A DNA stretch of 64,000 nucleotides, taken from NCBI GenBank assembly GCA_051003195.1, contig JBPCLP010000055.1, forward strand, positions 32,001 to 96,000, in the 5' to 3' direction. The stretch comes from Candidatus Sumerlaeaceae bacterium (GTDB lineage Bacteria; Sumerlaeota; Sumerlaeia; Sumerlaeales; Sumerlaeaceae). Of this stretch, positions 60,609 to 64,000 are shown piece after piece (positions within the stretch are counted from its first letter, which is position 1; every line of letters starts with the position of its first letter). The translations under genes and the position numbers were made by a program. The notes under the pieces were generated by a model. The model was given only the letters and a program-made list of their open reading frames with translations. It ran no database searches and had not been told where the DNA came from.

Positions 60609-60800
60609 TGTGCCGAACCAGAAGATCGTATCCACGTATCAATGGGATTCTGCGCTCGTTCGGCACACAGAACCTGCCAACGAACTAATGGTATACCACT
60701 CTAGTGTGCCGAATCAGTAGTTTCTTACCAGACCAAAGGGCAGACTAGACCTCGATTCGGCACACAGAACAGATTACGAACTAACGGTAGACCACACTAC
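60605..60800 (+). mobile_element. tandem MITE copies 6 and 7 (96-bp period)
   Basis: 60605-60704 and 60701-60800 share the junction CTAG; the first overlaps the TAG stop of the TerC gene. Confidence 0.85.
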
Positions 60801-61035
60801 CAGCAAGCGATTGAACAACAAGTTGATGAGTTAAGGCGGCGACGAGACTCTGTGCGCCTGTTTCTGCCTCTGTGCACGGGCATTGCCGACGATCACGTTG
60901 ACCAGGTCGCAATCCTTAGGTTGTGGCTATGTGCGGTCTCTCCTGGCGCGATGCTAAACTTCGCTAACGCAGGGATTTACCCGGCTTGCTATCAGCGGAA
61001 CATCTGCCAATGCGCAGCCGCGGTGATTGATTCTG

Positions 61036-62067
61036 CTACACCCCAGCAGGTACCGGCACCGTCTTACCGACCGCTTCCGCAATCGGCCGAAGTTCTTCCA
61101 TCATCTGGTCGAACTTGCTGAACTTCAGCGTCTGCGCGCCGTCGCTCCAGGCCTTCTCCGGATTCGGGTGAACCTCGACGAGAAGTCCATGTGCACCACA
61201 AGCCACCGCCGCCTTCGCCAGTTGGCTGACAAAACGGAAATCACCTGCTGCATGGCTTGGATCAACGAACACGGGAAGATGTGTTTCCTGCATCGCAACG
61301 CACACCGCGCAAAGATCCAGCGTGTTGCGCGTACTCGTCTCAAAAGTGCGGATGCCGCGCTCCACCAGGATCACGTTCTTGTTACCCTGGCTCATCACGT
61401 ACTCGGCACTCATCAACCATTCTTTAACGGTCATGCACATGCCGCGCTTCAGGAAAACGGGCTTCTCGTACTTGCCCACTTCGCGAAGCAGGTTAAAGTT
61501 CTGCGCATTGCGGGTGCCAATCTGGAAAGAGTCTGACCATTTGTTGACCAGCTCAACGTCGCGCGTGTCCATGACTTCGGTTACGATGGCCAGCCCGGTT
61601 TCCTCGCGCGCGTCCGCCAGCATGCGAAGTCCTTCCTCAGCCAGCCCGGCAAAATCGTAGGGTGATGTCCGCGGCTTGAACGCACCGCCGCGCAGCAACT
61701 TCGCTCCACTCTGTTTAATGGCACGCGCCGTCTCGAACAGGCTGTCATTCTTCTCAACGCTGCATGGACCACCGGCCACGATGATCTCATCGCCGCCGAT
61801 CTCGAAATCGCGCATCTTGATACGCGTGCCACCTGGGCAAAACGCACGCCCCGCCAACTTGTAAGGCTTCATGATTGGTGTGGCACTTTCCACGCCGGGA
61901 ATGGCCGTAAAGGGAACCTGTTGTATTTTGGACTCGTCTCCAATTGCGCCAACCACCGTGCGCTCCACGCCTTTACTGACATGCGCCTGCAACCCCGCCT
62001 CGCGGATCACGTCCGTCAGGTGGTCGATCTGCTCCTGGGTTGCATCCGCGCTCATTACAATGATCAT
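61036..62067 (-). CDS. aroF: DAHP synthase (type I-beta with N-terminal regulatory domain)
   Basis: AGGPCSVE, RGGAFKPRTSPY, LKRG, ERGIRTFE, DPSH. Confidence 0.93.
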   Translation of the reverse strand: MIIVMSADATQEQIDHLTDVIREAGLQAHVSKGVERTVVGAIGDESKIQQVPFTAIPGVESATPIMKPYKLAGRAFCPGGTRIKMRDFEIGGDEIIVAGGPCSVEKNDSLFETARAIKQSGAKLLRGGAFKPRTSPYDFAGLAEEGLRMLADAREETGLAIVTEVMDTRDVELVNKWSDSFQIGTRNAQNFNLLREVGKYEKPVFLKRGMCMTVKEWLMSAEYVMSQGNKNVILVERGIRTFETSTRNTLDLCAVCVAMQETHLPVFVDPSHAAGDFRFVSQLAKAAVACGAHGLLVEVHPNPEKAWSDGAQTLKFSKFDQMMEELRPIAEAVGKTVPVPAGV

Positions 62068-62109
62068 GACAGCTCTACTTCCTTGCACTTTCTAATGTTG
62101 CCTCAACCT

Positions 62110-62209
62110 CTAGTGTGCCAAATCAGAAGTTCCTATTCAGTTTGAGCAGGGAAGACAAGCTCGATTTGGCACACAGAACCGAATACGAATTAACGGTAGA
62201 CCACACCAG
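62110..62209 (+). mobile_element. MITE copy 8
   Basis: CTAGTGTGCCAAATC...GATTTGGCACAC (compensatory pair); encodes the last codons and stop of hisC on the minus strand. Confidence 0.85.
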
Positions 62210-63299
62210 GTTCCATCACGGCCCCCAAAGCTTCAATAAAAATTTCGTTCTCCCGGGGCAAGCCCACGCTTACGCGCAGATGGTTCGGAAGGCGGTACAT
62301 ACCCATGGGCCGAACAATCACCCCGCGACGCAAGAGGTTCTCGTACACCGGCGCCGCAGGACGCTTCAGGTCCATCAGCACAAAGTTGGCATGGCTGGGC
62401 ACATACTCCACTCCCATCGCATCCAGCTTCGCATACAGGTATTCACGACCCTCTGCATTGCCTTCGACCGTCCGGCGAAGATGAGCGGTATCGTCCAAGG
62501 CCGCATTCGCGGCAGCCTGGGCCATACGGTTCGCATTGAACGGTGGACGGATTCGGTCGACCGCATCCCAGACATCAGGGTGTGCGATTGCATAGCCAAT
62601 TCGCAGCCCCGCCAGTCCGTAGGCCTTACTGAACGTGCGGAGAATGATCAGATTCGGGTGCTCCTGCAACAGGCTCACGCTTTTTGGATACTCGCTCCAC
62701 CCGGATGCATACTCATAGTAAGCTTCATCCAGTGCCACCATCACGTTCGCCGGAACTCTGGATAGCAGCCTGTTCACCTCAGCAGCCGTCACAGCCGACC
62801 CCACCGGATTATCCGGGTTCGCAAGAAATACGAACCGCGTGTTCGCATCCACCGCATCTGCCAGTGCGTCGACATCGTGCCGCCAGTCTTTCATCCCGAC
62901 ATGCTTCGTCGCGGCACCCATCGAGGTCGCGCCCATTTCGTACCGGATGAACGCCAGGTCAGAGCACACGATGTTTGCCCCCGGCTCCAGGTACGCCATC
63001 GCCAGCATCGCAACCACTTCGTCAGAACCATTGCCAAACAGCAGGGTTTCAGGCGCGACATTCAGCCTCTGCGCGAGCTTTTGCCGCAGGTAATGGCACC
63101 CGCTCTCCGGGTATAGATGCAGCTCGGGAGCCTCCCGAGCGATCGCCTCCAGTGCCATCGGCGACGGACCGTAAGGGTTCTCGTTTGACGCGAGCTTGAC
63201 AACATCCGTCAGCCCGTACTCGCGCTGAACTTCCTCCACCGGCTTGCCGGGCGGGTAGGGCTGCAGTGATTCTAGTGCCTGCCGAAATGGGAATCGCAT
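62190..63299 (-). CDS. hisC: histidinol-phosphate aminotransferase
   Basis: KLASNENP, GNGSDE, DEAY, RTFSKAYGLAGLRIGY. Confidence 0.93.
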   Translation of the reverse strand: MRFPFRQALESLQPYPPGKPVEEVQREYGLTDVVKLASNENPYGPSPMALEAIAREAPELHLYPESGCHYLRQKLAQRLNVAPETLLFGNGSDEVVAMLAMAYLEPGANIVCSDLAFIRYEMGATSMGAATKHVGMKDWRHDVDALADAVDANTRFVFLANPDNPVGSAVTAAEVNRLLSRVPANVMVALDEAYYEYASGWSEYPKSVSLLQEHPNLIILRTFSKAYGLAGLRIGYAIAHPDVWDAVDRIRPPFNANRMAQAAANAALDDTAHLRRTVEGNAEGREYLYAKLDAMGVEYVPSHANFVLMDLKRPAAPVYENLLRRGVIVRPMGMYRLPNHLRVSVGLPRENEIFIEALGAVMEPGVVYR

Positions 63300-63398
63300 G
63301 GTGTGCATACTGCAAACTGCGCCGGAAAGTATTTGCTCAGATCCCCTCCTAAACTTAACACTCGCATTGGTGCGCTGTAATGTGAAACCTGCCATTCC

Positions 63399-63614
63399 AT
63401 GTCTGAGTCCGCCGCATTTGTCCTCTTCCTTACGCTCGGTTTGCAGGTTTACCTGTTCACCTCTCTCTGGTGGCTCATTTATTGGGGCCGACGTTCACGT
63501 GCGAGCCGCATCACAGGCTGGCGTGGCGGTCCAACCGCCTTCGCACCACTTGCGCTGCTGCTGGGTTTCTGCGTAGTGGGGCTGGTAAGATTCATCATCG
63601 CCCGGCTGCAATAA
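63399..63614 (+). CDS. small two-TM membrane protein
   Basis: two hydrophobic helices joined by a basic loop. Confidence 0.45.
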   Translation: MSESAAFVLFLTLGLQVYLFTSLWWLIYWGRRSRASRITGWRGGPTAFAPLALLLGFCVVGLVRFIIARLQ

Positions 63615-63810
63615 CTCCCTCGCTTTTTACATCGGGCTAAATAGACCGTTGTGCGCATGAGCCGCAAAACGAACGCATCCGCGCGAAACTCAACAAGCCG
63701 CCGCACCCCAAACTGAAACCGTAGCCGCCGGTCCCTTTTCCACTGGCAAACCCGGTTTACCGGGCGCCGAAGTCAATCAGGTGTTCACTTCGCAGGAGAC
63801 CCAAACCCCA

Positions 63811-64000
63811 ATGATCATCCGTCGTCTTACACAGACCGCGCTACTTTGCACCCTCGCCGCCCTCGCCTTTGCCACGGAAGAGGCAGACCCCAGCAAGCCG
63901 GCGCCAAAAGCTGCCGCCAAATCCAGCTACAAGATCGGCATGAGCCAGTGCAACCTCGGCGAACCGTGGCGCGTGCAGATGAACGCCGACATCAAGAAGG
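63811..64000 (+). CDS. sugar ABC transporter substrate-binding protein (5' partial)
   Basis: AGGAG RBS; signal peptide; YKIGMSQCNLGEPWRVQMNADI; runs off the window end. Confidence 0.8.
   Translation, partial: MIIRRLTQTALLCTLAALAFATEEADPSKPAPKAAAKSSYKIGMSQCNLGEPWRVQMNADIKK

Noticed and set aside
60605..60800. CRISPR array or integron attC array
   Set aside because: Only two units, other copies are dispersed singly, no cas or intI genes are present, and there are no GTTRRRY/RYYYAAC cores. The ends fit a TA-flanked transposon.
60852..61121. 89-aa ORF downstream of the tandem MITEs
   Set aside because: It overlaps the aroF 3' end and has no RBS or recognisable features.

Overview
A GC-rich bacterial chromosomal segment. 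By inference it is from Candidatus Sumerlaeota (BRC1), based on two prepilins with the (G/A)FTL.E...N(F/L)L.AQTRAKV.RVK.DL signature and a golvesin-like C-terminal domain. About 60 CDSs are present: housekeeping genes (glnB, trpF-trpB, rpsU, rnj, mgtE, acpP-fabF, ftsK, sdhA, tsaE, galE, aroB, mdh, rpmB, rplA, aroF, hisC), envelope and glycosylation genes, a VapBC module and tRNA-Ser(GCT). I saw no prophage, CRISPR array or transposase. The main unexplained structure is a family of ~94-bp TA-flanked miniature inverted-repeat elements. There are 7 near-full copies and 1 half copy, all in the same orientation. Their ends resemble IS630, their internal stem covaries, and their loop has a fixed length with a variable centre. 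They sit at or overlap the stop codons of four genes and possibly supply the start codon of one. Other candidates: a 6S-like structured RNA, two unannotated small proteins, a paralogous pair of unknown helical proteins, a ~1260-aa lipoprotein made of ~11 DUF4398-like repeats, an ECF sigma factor-DUF3738 fusion coupled to a pilin, and orphan rplA and sdhA genes. All protein calls come from motif recognition by eye, not from database searches.
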